A stretch of DNA of 64,000 bases from assembly GCF_006345805.1 (NCBI RefSeq), contig NC_043001.1, positions 6,634,001-6,698,000 of the forward strand. Direction: 5' to 3'. Shown in pieces: positions 13,311-25,950 of the stretch (the first letter of the stretch is position 1; each line of letters begins with the position of its first letter). This stretch comes from Octopus sinensis (taxonomy: Eukaryota). The position numbers were made by a program, and so were the translations under genes. Below the pieces are notes generated by a model, which worked only from the letters and a program-made list of their open reading frames with translations, did not search any database and was not told the origin of the DNA.

Positions 13311-13999
13311 ATAGGTAGATAGATAGATAGGTAGGTAGATATATAGATAGGTAGATATATAGATAGATATTTTGGTTATTAAGCACCATTTTCTCTACAT
13401 TATACACACATGATATTACTTCTCTCGGTACATACATCTAATGCATTTATTTGTTACTAACATTCATTGTGTCTTGTTACCGGCTCCACATATATATTTT
13501 TAAAAGTACAAAAAGTCATGAAGCATGAATTTACATATTACACTGCACATTATATATATTTGTGAGTGTGTGTGTGCCTTTGTACATCTTGTGGAAACGT
13601 TCGAACTCGAGTTTAAGAATAAATAAATACCGTCAATAGTATTCAAACACAAAGCAATCGTATAAATGAGTTTTCCTAGGACATATACGTTTTTCTGTCG
13701 GTGTGCATATTTCTGATGTCGTCATCTGATGGTATTTGTAAAATCGGATGGTAGCAAGTAAATGTAACGCTTTATTTCAATAGAAACAATCAGAAGACGA
13801 AAGAATATAGAGTTCTACGTGCGTTGGTGAAACGTCCGGCGGAAACGAAATGGGTTTCATAAAATTACTCTAATAATTATGCTGGTTGTTTCGTCTCGAT
13901 TCTACATCATTGACAAATGTGCGCACGCACACACGTGTATATTCAATTTATGTGTGTGTATATATATATCGCCATGTTGATTCGCTAACCTCTGCACGC

Positions 14000-14183
14000 A
14001 TTTTTTCTCTCTTTGTTTCTCTCCGTGTTTCTTTTCTGTGTATCTTTCTGTTGAAGAGCGTAGGCTCGAAACTCGAAACGTAAAAGACTTGTTTTATTTA
14101 TATTCCTGAGCGCCATACTAATACAATTGTTTGTTTGTATTCCACCTGCCTTCGTCTTTTGTTTATTTTCATAAAGCTTCCCG

Positions 14184-14185
<2 letters not shown>
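14000..14185 (+). mobile_element. Short repeat family H with hammerhead-like motif (CUGUUGA core variant); probable Penelope terminal-repeat derivative
   Basis: tcttt CTGTTGA A gagc-gtag-gctc gaaa ctc GAAAC GTA aaaga; homologous copy at 54570-54720. Confidence 0.5.
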
Positions 14186-14225
<40 letters not shown>

Positions 14226-14399
14226 AGAATTATATATAAATACATATATATATATATATATATGCATATACGCACGCACACATATATATGCTCTCTATAT
14301 TTGGTGGTGGAAGCCAGCTAAGTTAAAGAATTACCTGACGAAAGATTGGGAGCTGGACACTCGGAAGTAGCTCAAAGTTGCGCACGATCTTGATGTATC

Positions 14400-14690
14400 A
14401 ACTTAATTGACGTCGCTGGTACAAAATTCTAACGGTCGTACTGCTCCTTTGGACCTATCAATGACTTGCATGAGAAGCATTCTGTTCTCTATGCCAAACC
14501 TCCCAAGTTAGCATCGTATCGAATACCATGTGAGGGATGGCATGTATGGAAGCAGAAGAGAGACAAATCTACAAAAACGAGCATTACAACTCAAACAGAA
14601 CTAGGATGGCCCAGTAGTGTGGCTTGCGTGGCAAAGAACAGTATTTGTGCGCAGCAATGTTGTTCCGGTGAGGCAGGCAATTAGGAGTTC
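14400..14690 (+). pseudogene. Decayed Penelope-like GIY-YIG endonuclease fragment
   Basis: YRIPCE...STKTSITTQTELGWPSSVACVAKNS resembles GVYRIPCECGxVYIGET..SIKTRIKEH..LGQPEKSAVAEHS. Confidence 0.45.
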
Positions 14691-16611
14691 CTCCCTGTTA
14701 ATTAATGACAGCCAACGGTCATAGATTTTGGAGACAATTCCTTGTGATCGCTACTTTCGTTGAATATTTTCAAAACTTTTTTATCATTTCCTTGTGTTTT
14801 TAAGTATAATATATATTAAAAAAACAGACGTTCAATCATCGAACGTTGACATTTGCTAGTTTACTAAAACAATGAATATTAATTCGATAGATAACATGAA
14901 ATGTGTTGGGGTTAAATTATGATGAAAATTGAAAGCGGTATGCAATATTTTCGATAATATCAAGTTTTGTGATGTTTTACTCAAAGTAAACCTATGTCTA
15001 TATAATTATGCACTGACCTCTCCTAATATCGATCTTATATATGTTCTATCGGAAAATGTTACAGCACTTAGTGGCGCTTCTTTTTTATTAAGACGAGTGC
15101 ACAAAGGTGAAATAAGATCATGAGATAGAAATAACCTATCTTGAACAGTTTGGTAACAGCAAAAGAAATTAGTAGAGCAAAATTATTGTTAATGTATTAA
15201 TGGAAATATCTTTGAGAATTCTTCTCTAGCAAAAGCTACAGGACGTGTCGCGAGTGCTAATGCAATTTGGAAAGCAGATTTATGCATAATAGAGAGCAAA
15301 CTGCGACATAATACAGAGAGGAAATTACATTTCATAACAGCTGTTCAACTCAGCTTTCATGCCACTTCTCTTTACGCACGTACATATACACGAGCATACA
15401 CACACGTATACACACACATACGCATACGAACACACACATGCATACATACTAACACACAAGAAAATGTATATAGATAGAGAGATTAATAGTTGCATGTATA
15501 GATCTATATATGTGTATATAGTTTGTTCTCTTGTTTAGGACGATTTAAATGGTAGGGATTTCAAAACACGAGTAATACACGTAAAATGCTACACTCAACG
15601 AAAGAAATCTTCGTTTCCACTCATGTATAATTGTTAACGAATACGCATGTAAATTCCCCCATCTTAAACACACACACATACGCACCGACATACAGACACA
15701 CACGCGCACTCACACACACACACACATCCACATACATACACACACGCATGTGTTAAGATATATACAATATATATGATTGATATTTGCAGAATGAAAATTG
15801 TTTTGCAATTCTGTTCCAAAATTAGTTCCTTAGCCTAAACCATTCTACGTATCGCCATTATTAAAATTCTATATTCACGACACAACAATTACTTCACTTC
15901 CACAAAATGTGATTCTCAAATAAAGAGTGTCTAGTTTGAATACTAACTTAATCAGTTTATTTATAATAATAGTGATAGGACATATTCAAGGATTCAGGAA
16001 TTTTGTGAGATTTTTGCCGGTAATATCATATAATTGAAACCGGCAGACAAAATAAGTCTAGCAATAATAAAATTTTATATTAATAATCCTGAAGATTAAT
16101 ATAGAAATCCATCAGGAATATTTTCAAACGATTTACCACTTGAGTAAGCATATTTCAAATATAACAGCTTGGTTACATAAATATATATATGTGGATATAT
16201 CTGGATAATACGTAGCCTGCAAATAGATTCATCACAACTATATAAAACAAAAGTAAAGAAAAGAAAAAAAGTTTCATCACAGATTTGTCTATCTAAAACG
16301 AAACGAATTCTCTTGAAATGGAAAGTAATTTCGTCAACATCAGCCTCGATTTAAAATTAACCGTATTTAAATAACACGCATATATACACAATTCAGGTGA
16401 TATTCATGTATGTATAAATATATATATGTTCGTGTATGTGTGTGCTAGCAAATGAGTATATACACATATCTGTGTGTATGTATGTATATATGTATGTGTG
16501 TGTAGGTATGAATATGTGTGTGTATGTATTTGTATATGTGTGTATGTATCACATTTATACGTATAAACGCATATAACAAGTATGTATATAGGTATGTAGT
16601 TTTTTAACTGT

Positions 16612-17020
16612 TCTTTTTTACTTGTCTGAGTCATTCTATTGCGGCCATGCTAGAGCATCGGCTTGATGAATTACTAGTCGAATATACCGACTCTAGTTCA
16701 TATTTTTTTACACATTCTTACCTATTCTATCAGTAACTGTTTCCGAACCGCTATGTCACGGGGATGTAAACACACCAGCATTGATTGTCAAGCGGTCGTG
16801 TGGAGGCAAACACACAGGCAGACAAACACAAACACACACACACATCCACACACACACACATATACGACGAGGTTCATTTGGTCTCCGTCTAAGAAATTCA
16901 TTCACAAGGTATTGGTCGGCTCGAAGTTATACTTCGGCTCGAAGCACATGCAGGAGGGCAAAAGACGGAAGCATGGATTTGGTAAGCAAGCTTCTTACCA
17001 CAAAGCCATTGCGGCGCCTA
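16612..17020 (-). mobile_element. SINE family B, near full length, diverged
   Basis: gcggccatgctagagcatc...ccgaaccgctatgtcacgggg...ttgtcaagcgg, CA-rich middle, and tggtaagcaagcttcttaccacaaagcca head. Confidence 0.8.
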
Positions 17021-17261
17021 TGCATACATACATACATAGAACTTCAAACATATAAGCCTATGAGCATTACCATTTGCATTATACCCCTACACATGTTGTA
17101 GGAAATATGACTTAATTTTTACTCTCTTCCTGAACCCTTTATCTGAATCTGAGCGCTATATATCGAACGTCATCCTTTTCTACCATATGTATAAGATAAC
17201 CTCTATATACCTTATATATATTATTTTATTTATAAATATATGCTTAATTAGTATATATACC

Positions 17262-17332
<71 letters not shown>

Positions 17333-17528
17333 CTAAAATATTTTTTTTGCTAGTCTATTTTGTCCCTCTGTCTTATCTCATGGTACGATATGAACATTTA
17401 ACGTGGTTTTTAAAGTCAGGGTTTTTGACTGCTATTTCGGCATGGTGGTGTCTCTCAGACAGCCTTATTTTTAGTTGTAAAAAATAATTATTACATTTGG
17501 ACGGTATTTTTTCCCATGTTGGTAACTT

Positions 17529-17560
17529 GATAATATCGATATTTAAATATCGATATTATC
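17529..17560. repeat. Perfect 32-bp palindrome
   Basis: gataatatcgatatttaaatatcgatattatc equals its own reverse complement. Confidence 0.95.
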
Positions 17561-17586
17561 CTTATTTATAAATTTATATATATATA

Positions 17587-17636
<50 letters not shown>

Positions 17637-18068
17637 CTGATTCATATACAGACCAATATTTGTACAAGTAGGTGTATTCATATACATCCCATGACAAACC
17701 ATCCCACAAAATGTCCTTTCTTTCATCTCTATCCTAGCCCGAATAATTCTCTTTATATGTGGAATTATATTTGTACTTAATTTTACAACTTTACAGCCAT
17801 ATGCAATTATAATACCACATCGGTATTATAATGTATTACGCGGTAACTTCCCTTTAGTTATAGTCTAGAATTATGAATGTATTTTCATTAATTTCTTTTC
17901 AACATTTCTTTTCTCGTTCACACTATTACTTGTCATTTGGAAATGTAGCTCAGATCTATTCGTAACATATAACATATCCCTGACTGCAAATATATATTTA
18001 CCACCCCTGAACCTTATTTTACTGCCTAAATATTTCTCTGCAGTCTACTATTATAATATTATAATATT

Positions 18069-18450
18069 ACTAGCAGTATCGCTCGGCGTTGCTCGGGTTT
18101 GTAAGGGAAATAACTATATAAGCATTTTTAGAGATGTAAAGTATAATAGCCATCTCAATATGGTGTTACTGGTGTTACTGTAGCTTTTTACGTTCTGAAA
18201 TTTAATAATAAATTTTTAGAGAGTTACTTCCCTTATATATGCCAAAAATGCATTAAAAATGGGAAAGATTGATGGTAATTTTTTTTTAAATCGTAGACTC
18301 ATCGTAGACGCGCGCTAGTACCCAGAAGGGCTCGATATGAATCACGACTATAAGATACCCGGTTTTGGCTAAACTGCACCGCAAAATATGGGGGTAGTTA
18401 GGAGTCTAAATCGTAGGAGACAGACAGCACACAACCTCACTTTTATATAT
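18069..18450 (-). mobile_element. Non-autonomous Helitron
   Basis: Minus-strand 3' end: GC-rich hairpin cccgagcaacgccgagc, 8 nt spacer, CTAG then T; 5' end tatatataaaagtgaggttgtgtg; second copy at 53961-54480. Confidence 0.7.
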
Positions 18451-19349
18451 AATATTATATTATAATATTATAATGCATTACTCGATTATCTCCCTTAGCT
18501 ATAGTCCATAAATATATATAGAATTCCATGCATTCTTCGTCTTTTCTTTTCTCATTCAGTCAAATATTTGTAAATCGATTTGTATCTCAGGTTTATTCAA
18601 ATATATTAACAAATCCCTAACAACATTTCTTATTCACCACCTTTTTAGTATGTAACACCCCTTAGACAATCCCTTCCTCGAATATTTTCTTTTCTTTTTT
18701 TCTTTTATTTGTTTTGTATTTTATTGATAGATATAACGGATCTGAACGACGCCATTGTTTTCAAATACAAGCGGAACAATTAATTTGTAGGATAAACTTT
18801 GGCCTCACCCTACTCTCCATAGGGGTAATGGGATGATTACAAAGCCGTTAGCTTCTAACTTTTGACCCCTGAGATATGGATCATCCCATTAACAACGTCT
18901 TACCCTTGCTACATTCCCCAGTAAAATGAAATAAGATGTAATTCTCGTAACCTATGGAGATTACTTATGGAAGTTACTTTTTACCATAAGATGTAATCTC
19001 ATAACCTATGATACTTTGTTTTACTATTCTTTTACAATTTTTTAAAATTTTATTATTTTATTTTACTTCCTCACTTGTTTCATTCTTACCATTATGGACT
19101 CTCTGTAGACGATTTGGGGCTCAATTATTCTATGTATGTATGTATTTATGTATGTATGTATGTATGTAGCTGACTCACCTAAAGGAACTGATCTAATTAC
19201 GAAGGTTTAAACAACTCACTGGACTCTGAAATTTCACCAAAGCATCCTCAAAACAAGATATTAAATATCGCGTGAATATCTAAAACAGATCATCCATCAT
19301 AACATCGAGTGTTACATCTTTGGACTAATACGAACCTTCAAAATACATG

Positions 19350-19764
19350 CGTTCTTTTTTTAAGACTCTTTTGGACTTGTTTAAGTTGGTGTACGCTGCC
19401 ATAATCCTTGCCTTGAGTTTATATTTGCTGTTACAAGGACTTTTGTTGGTCACTCATTCACCAGCACACCACAATTTATAATCAAGGGGGTTGCAGACTG
19501 ATTTGTTTGTTGACCAGTTTTAGGGGTGATGTGGTCGTAGTAATTGACAGACAGCCATGTCAGCGGTTTCCTGTTTGAGTGGTATGGTGCAGATTCCTGC
19601 CAGACATAGGGTCTTCCAGCAGCCATCCTTTTGATCCGGAGCAGCAGTACCAGCACCAGGAACTTGAAGTAGGACTCCGTGTTGACTCTGAGGCCATGTG
19701 GCAGGATGAATGGAGGGATAATATCTGCATCACTAGTGATCACCTCGAACACTATGATGTTCAT
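19350..19764 (-). pseudogene. Tc1/mariner-superfamily (DD37D/maT-like) transposase C-terminal fragment
   Basis: IIVFEVITSDADIIPPFILPHGLRVNTESY...AAGRPYVWQESAPYHS...WLS.NYYDHITP then TNKSPCNSKYKLKARIMAAYTNLNK; frameshifted; similarity recognised from family knowledge. Confidence 0.75.
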
Positions 19765-20046
19765 TATTTATATTATTTACATTGGATAGATATTTGTCCT
19801 CAGCTTGTTGTTAACAACGTTTCGGCTGATATACTCTCCAGCCTTCATCAAGTGTCACGGGTAAATTTTGAACCTGAGTTCTCATTTGTAAGGTATTTTT
19901 AGATGTTGTTGTTGTTGTTGTTATTATTATTATTATTCTTATTCTTATTAATATGGTCACTGCCTGGAATCGAACTCGGAATATTGGTGTTAGTAGCCCG
20001 CACTCTTACCCACTACGCCATATGCCCACGGGCATATGGCGTAGTG
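19759..20046 (-). mobile_element. SINE family D: tRNA-like head + (AAT/AAC)n + hammerhead-ribozyme body, with 5' foldback hairpin
   Basis: A box TGGCGTAGTGG (20010-20020) and B box GAGTTCGATTCC (19966-19977) on the minus strand; core TTGATGA-A-GGCTG..CAGCC-GAAAC (19851-19819); perfect 17-bp inverted repeat 20011-20046. Confidence 0.8.
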
Positions 20047-20109
20047 TTGCATAAGGCATGTATATATATATATATATGTATGTATTTATGTATGTATATG
20101 TGTGATATG

Positions 20110-20310
20110 AGTGTCTGTGTTTGTCCTACCACCATAGCTCGACAACTGATTTTGGTGTGTTTATATCTCCGTAACTTAGTGGTTCACCAAAAGTACCCGA
20201 TGGGTTAAGTACTACGCCTACAACTAATAAGTTTTGGTATTGATTTGTTCGACTAAAGATGGTGCTCCATCATGGCCGCTGCCAAATCACTGAAGCAACT
20301 AAAAGAATGA
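20110..20310 (+). mobile_element. SINE family B 3' half
   Basis: ctcgacaactgattttggtgtgttta...ccgtaacttagtggttc...gactaaagatggtgctccatcatggccgc. Confidence 0.75.
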
Positions 20311-20588
20311 AAGCATATATATATTTATACATATCTATGTGTGTGTTTGTACGTGTGCACATACACACACATAAATGTGTATATACACATGAATGTATAT
20401 GCATATACACACATACACAGAAATATAAGTATGCGTGTTTGTGTTTGCCCTTGTGCCGCCGTGTCTGTGTTTATGTTGGTGTAAATATATGTGAGTGTGT
20501 GAGTAAGTTTGTGTGTATGTATAAACTGTCTGTCTTACTTCCCACCAGAAATGTCACTTCTACGCTTTTCGTTTTTGCCTTCCTGATC

Positions 20589-20642
<54 letters not shown>

Positions 20643-23600
20643 ATGTCTCTCTTATGTTATCCTCTCGTGAATGAGACATTGAATACTACTTACAGAATTT
20701 GCCTGCCTTGTTATATCGTGCATTTACTGCTATGTTTGGAAAAACTATGTGTCTATTAAGGGCCTAACATCAACTCTTTAAGAAAGCCGGTTGTGTGTGA
20801 GAAGTTATTTATGGGATGCATTATTTGAACCCTAAATTCGAACGTAGCCCCTACCATGCCTGATCGCACTACCAGTTTAATGTCTGTCAGCACATTTATT
20901 ATATTTATTTCTGACACCATCATGACATCTATTGTCACCGGTATTGTAGATAGAGCATTGAATACATTCTCGAAATCTGTTACACTTGCTATTGGATCAA
21001 TAAGAGATATATTATGATCACAAATGAAGACAAAATATTTTGCGTCTTTCTATGGCGTCCTTTCCTATAGGCCGGGTTAGTTAAGTGCTGCACTCTGCTA
21101 AAGTCCAGCCACTTCAATTTCCGTATTCGTCGAACGCTCCATTATCTAGAGGCCGACTGAATATCTCCTGCTTAGAAGGATCTCATTTACTCAATTGAAT
21201 TACTGACCTTGGAGCAAGTCTGCAACATAGTAGACAATTTTCATTAAAGACTCTCTTGAAAAGCCTTGGTTTTCTAATTGTTAAATAGGGACTAGAAACA
21301 GTGGAACTTATTTCGGTACTACTCAACACAAAGAGAAAAGAAAACCACCAAATAAAAGCAAACAACCAAAATGATTTCAAATTCAAGCCACCAGAACCCG
21401 AAAATAATTGATATTGTAAAATTAATTACCATACACTCACTTATACAATTTCAAAAGCTAAGTTAACCATTATCATTTGCTGTAGTAATAACTCTCACAC
21501 TCACTAACGTTTTTTTTTTTTCTGAGTAGAGAACGCAAGCATCTTTCAATAAAGGCAATTTTGATTTGACTGGTACAGGACTATCTAATACGATTATTGT
21601 TATTAGGGTTGTAAGTGACATAAGACGCAAAAAGTCACTATACTTGAAAAGAAAATTGTTTATGTTTTAGTCAAAAAAGCCCAAAGAAAACTGAAGTGTT
21701 TACCGACATTTTTAAATCCAGAATTGTAGAAAACACTTTTCAGCATCTACACAAACGATTTCCATGAAACACTGAAATTAACAGTTGATTGTTCACATGT
21801 TTATTGGCCGTTATGCGACTTATTTTGTTGTCAATACTGAATACGAGACGATAAAGCAAATACTGATAATGCGTCAAAGAAATGGTCACTTGATATTGTC
21901 TGTTCTATGGCATGGGGAATTTCGGGAAAAAAACATTGGAAATTTTTGGTCCATAACATAAAAAAAACAAGTGGCTGTTGACCACTGCCTCACTATTGTG
22001 ACACACGAAAGCGGAGGTAGAGTGTTTAACTAATTACTAAAGACATGCAGGCGGTATGCATCTTAAATGGCGATTAATAACAGAAATAAAAAAAAATACA
22101 CAAGAATTGTTCTGTGGAGTGAATGTGAGAGGAAAAGCCGTTTCGGGACAGATCTCAAAAGGAACATGAATGGTTGTAATATCTATATAAGGGTTTTCCT
22201 TTAGAAATGAAGATAGAAACTGCAACACTAACAATCGCGGAGTATTCTGAAATTAATTTGAAGGCTTGTTTTATTACTAGTACTGTTGAACTGAACAAGT
22301 GTAAAATGCAGGCTGGGCCTTGTTGCATTTCCTCTTAGCATTTGGATATATTTGTGAATTTACTTCGCATTTATATCGTACTATGTGTAACATCATATCT
22401 CGGGATTTAAAAACAAATTTACACCTTAAAATTGAATAAGTTTTCAACCATTTAACTATTCTCGTAAATATTACATTGGATTATGAGCAGTGATTACATA
22501 GAATATATAAAGGAATTGCGCGCGATTCTGTGCGTACATTCCTAAGAATTTGTTAAATGTTGGCATTCAAACTGTATTTGAATTTACTATTATTTCTCAA
22601 ATAATGTTTTCTAAGAATGAAGAAACCGAAAGTAGGTAATGGCGAGAGTTTTCCTAATGGCCAAGTCACAAGTGCCTTTGAACCGGTGATTCGTATGACG
22701 TAACTGCATTTCTGTTAATATTTAGCGTGCATTTCATGTATCATTCTTTTCTTTTTTAAATAAAAAGCGTTCAATTATTTTACACATACTTTATCGAATG
22801 TAATCTGCATTAAAATTGATATCGTTTTCAAACATTCTATTCTGTTTAATGAGATTTTGTTTTGATTATACAAAATGAATACAGATCTTTGTTAACAAAA
22901 ATTTCTTTAGACAGCAGGTTTTCACATCACAATACCCATTAGAATATATGACATTTCGGGAGAAAAAGAGGATATTCAATTAAAAGAAAGCACGCGTAAA
23001 TATTTTTTGTGTGTTTATTTTCTTCGATTATGAACACGTTACCCGGAAACCATATAAAAAAATGGGCAAATTTTGCGAAATTTCATAATAAACTCTCTCT
23101 AAAATAGTTAATCACTGATATTATCAATTTACCGAATCCAAATGGAATTTTCCTTTAAGACTCATACAATTGCAATGAATGCATCACTATTCAATCGTTA
23201 TTTATTGTTGATATCCCACAAGACAGGTAGCATTTGCTCATCTCAAATAACCTGCCAATTCAATTAACTATTATAAAACCTAGAATTTATCAATCTATCA
23301 AAACCACTCACTAACCAAAGCGATATCTTCAAGTGAATAATATATTCTGGCCAAGGCATGGTATGCAATCTCTTATAAACCTACACAGCTTAACTCATTT
23401 TATCCTTTTCTCCTTCATCAGATTTAAGGAAGAACTATAGTTTAGATTTAAAAGGACAAGTTTAATTATAGAATTGTACCTTATTCCTAGAAATTTATAC
23501 CTTACGCCACGATGCATTTAATCAGTCCAATATCACTTAGACAAACTATGCAGTGCATTTTTCAATATGTAATTTTATTAAAGGTAATGTGATCACAGGG

Positions 23601-23934
23601 GCCATTTAGTATTCGTATACACTGAATATAATTTCTGTGCAGTGTTTCCCGCAGTTAATACGTAATCATATAAACCATCCACCTATCCATACATCCGTCG
23701 ACCATCCATTCGTAAATACATATTAATGATTGTTTTTCTGTTCGTGTATAAGCAGAGATTACATTAGTCTCTTGGGTTAGTCAACATGTTACACTAATCT
23801 CACATGTAACTATATCGTACTAATTCCAAGTGCACTAAATGCTATTGGTATCACGTCTACTGTCTTCATTGACCAGGAACTTCGTATTTCTCCATATTAA
23901 ATCGTCGTAATTGTTTACTTTTCATCTTCTTTCA

Positions 23935-24091
23935 CATGCATCATCATCATCATCATCATCATCATGATGATCATCATTCTTCTGCCTCTTCTTCTTCTTC
24001 TTCTTCTTCTTCTCTTCTTCTTCTTCTTCTTCTTATTATTATTATTATTATTATTATTATTAGTAGTAGTAGTAGTAGTGGTAGTAGTAGT

Positions 24092-24123
<32 letters not shown>

Positions 24124-24137
24124 TGATTATTATTATT
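23935..24137. repeat. Compound trinucleotide array (CAT)n-(CTT)n-(ATT)n-(AGT)n
   Basis: Direct reading. Confidence 0.95.
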
Positions 24138-24325
24138 GAGTGAGAGAGCAGTGCATGCCATCAAAGTGACACTGGGGTAAAATATACGAAGCCCAGTATA
24201 CCCATCATGACTACCCGTCTGATAAGGGTACACTAGGCATATGTATCACAACCATATGTGCGCCACATGGTGATCTCATTAGAATTTTGTTCTGGTCGAG
24301 TAACCCATCACGTTCAAAAGGTCCC
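24138..24325. mobile_element. Non-repetitive ~190-bp segment embedded between (ATT)n arrays; probable 3' fragment of a microsatellite-targeting retroelement
   Basis: GC-richer unique sequence (gagtgagagagcagtgcatgccatcaaagtgacactgggg...aaaaggtccc) flanked on both sides by att repeats; single copy in the window. Confidence 0.4.
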
Positions 24326-24560
<235 letters not shown>

Positions 24561-25399
24561 TACATATATATATATACGTAGATACACACATCCATATGCG
24601 CATATAAGTTTGTATTTATGTACAGACTCTGCGTCTATAGATGTGATTTTTTTGCTATGCCAGGTTTGTATAAAGAAAAATCAGAGAACTTCATATTTTC
24701 CTATTGACTATTTACGTCGTCTGTAATATAAATATTTCCTCTTTACACATGTAGGATATAAGCATTTCCTGATATAAACATGGCATGAAGTTACATCACA
24801 TCCTCATTTTTTTACTCACATTTACCTTTCACTTTCTTTTCAATTCTACTTTTCCTTTTGCTTATTTAAGTTCCAGGCGTTTCTCTCATTTTTTATTCCA
24901 TAGACGCAACATTTTGGAACCTCTTTGTAAATCTATTTATACGTTTTTATTGATTTTTCTGTGATATTTATATGTCTTTACTTCTTTTTATTTTATTTTG
25001 TTATTTTCAATCGTCATTGCGTTTAAATTTTAATTTCGATCTCTTCCAAGATTTTACATTTGGTAAAGACTGATTTTCTTTCCTACGCTTATACGCAGTT
25101 ATGCAAGTATGTATGATTTAACTCGCCCACAAGTTAATTTTAATTCAACTCACTTCATTGGTTCGAGACTTTTTTTTCCGTTATGCTCAGTCGTTTTCAT
25201 CCAACAGCTTCCATTTATTTCCCAAAAGTAATTACCCATTCAGCTTAAAATGTTTAGTCATGATGACGAATAACTTTAAGTAATTTTACACTTTGTCGTT
25301 CATCTGAACTAAACCAAACATTGGGCTGAATGAGGACAGCTAAACGTTTGTGATGAGAGATATATAGCGATATTTGGGCAGAGTTGAAATGACGTAGGT

Positions 25400-25404
25400 A
25401 TCTA

Positions 25405-25439
<35 letters not shown>

Positions 25440-25469
25440 TATTTATATTATATAATATATATATATATA

Positions 25470-25518
<49 letters not shown>

Positions 25519-25798
25519 AATAAGCAGCAAGGATATCCAAATGTCGTGTAGTACAAGCGTTTCTTGCTACTTCATTAATTAAACAATTTTAGTATTGCAT
25601 CAGTTTTAAAAATGTAGGGCAATCTTCAGCCACATATGGAATCCCATTTGATTTATATGGATAATGCCATACCAAATTCTGGTGTCTTTAACTTAAGTTC
25701 CTATTTTCATCTGAATCTAAATTCTTGCCTATATATATATATATATACATACATACATATACATACATACATACATATAATATATATATAATATATAC

Positions 25799-25840
<42 letters not shown>

Positions 25841-25880
25841 TATAAATATACATATATATATATATATATAATATATAATA

Positions 25881-25912
<32 letters not shown>

Positions 25913-25950
25913 CAAATATATATGTACATATATTTGTATATATTTATATA
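25400..25950. repeat. Two long (TA)n-rich arrays (~25400-25520 and ~25730-25950)
   Basis: Direct reading. Confidence 0.9.

Noticed and set aside
19970-20027. tRNA-like sequences at SINE heads (also 40765-40830, 62800-62870)
   Set aside because: They lack a pairable acceptor stem and continue into SINE bodies, so they are not tRNA genes
20756-21390. Short minus-strand ORFs and a Cys-rich peptide (KCNRFRECIQC) as a possible exon or Penelope zinc finger
   Set aside because: Frames are broken by stops, there are no clear splice sites, and similarity is too weak
25290-25355. ggctg-aatgagga-cagct-aaacgtt resembling family D stem II
   Set aside because: No CUGANGA upstream at the right position, G12 is missing, and there is no flanking homology
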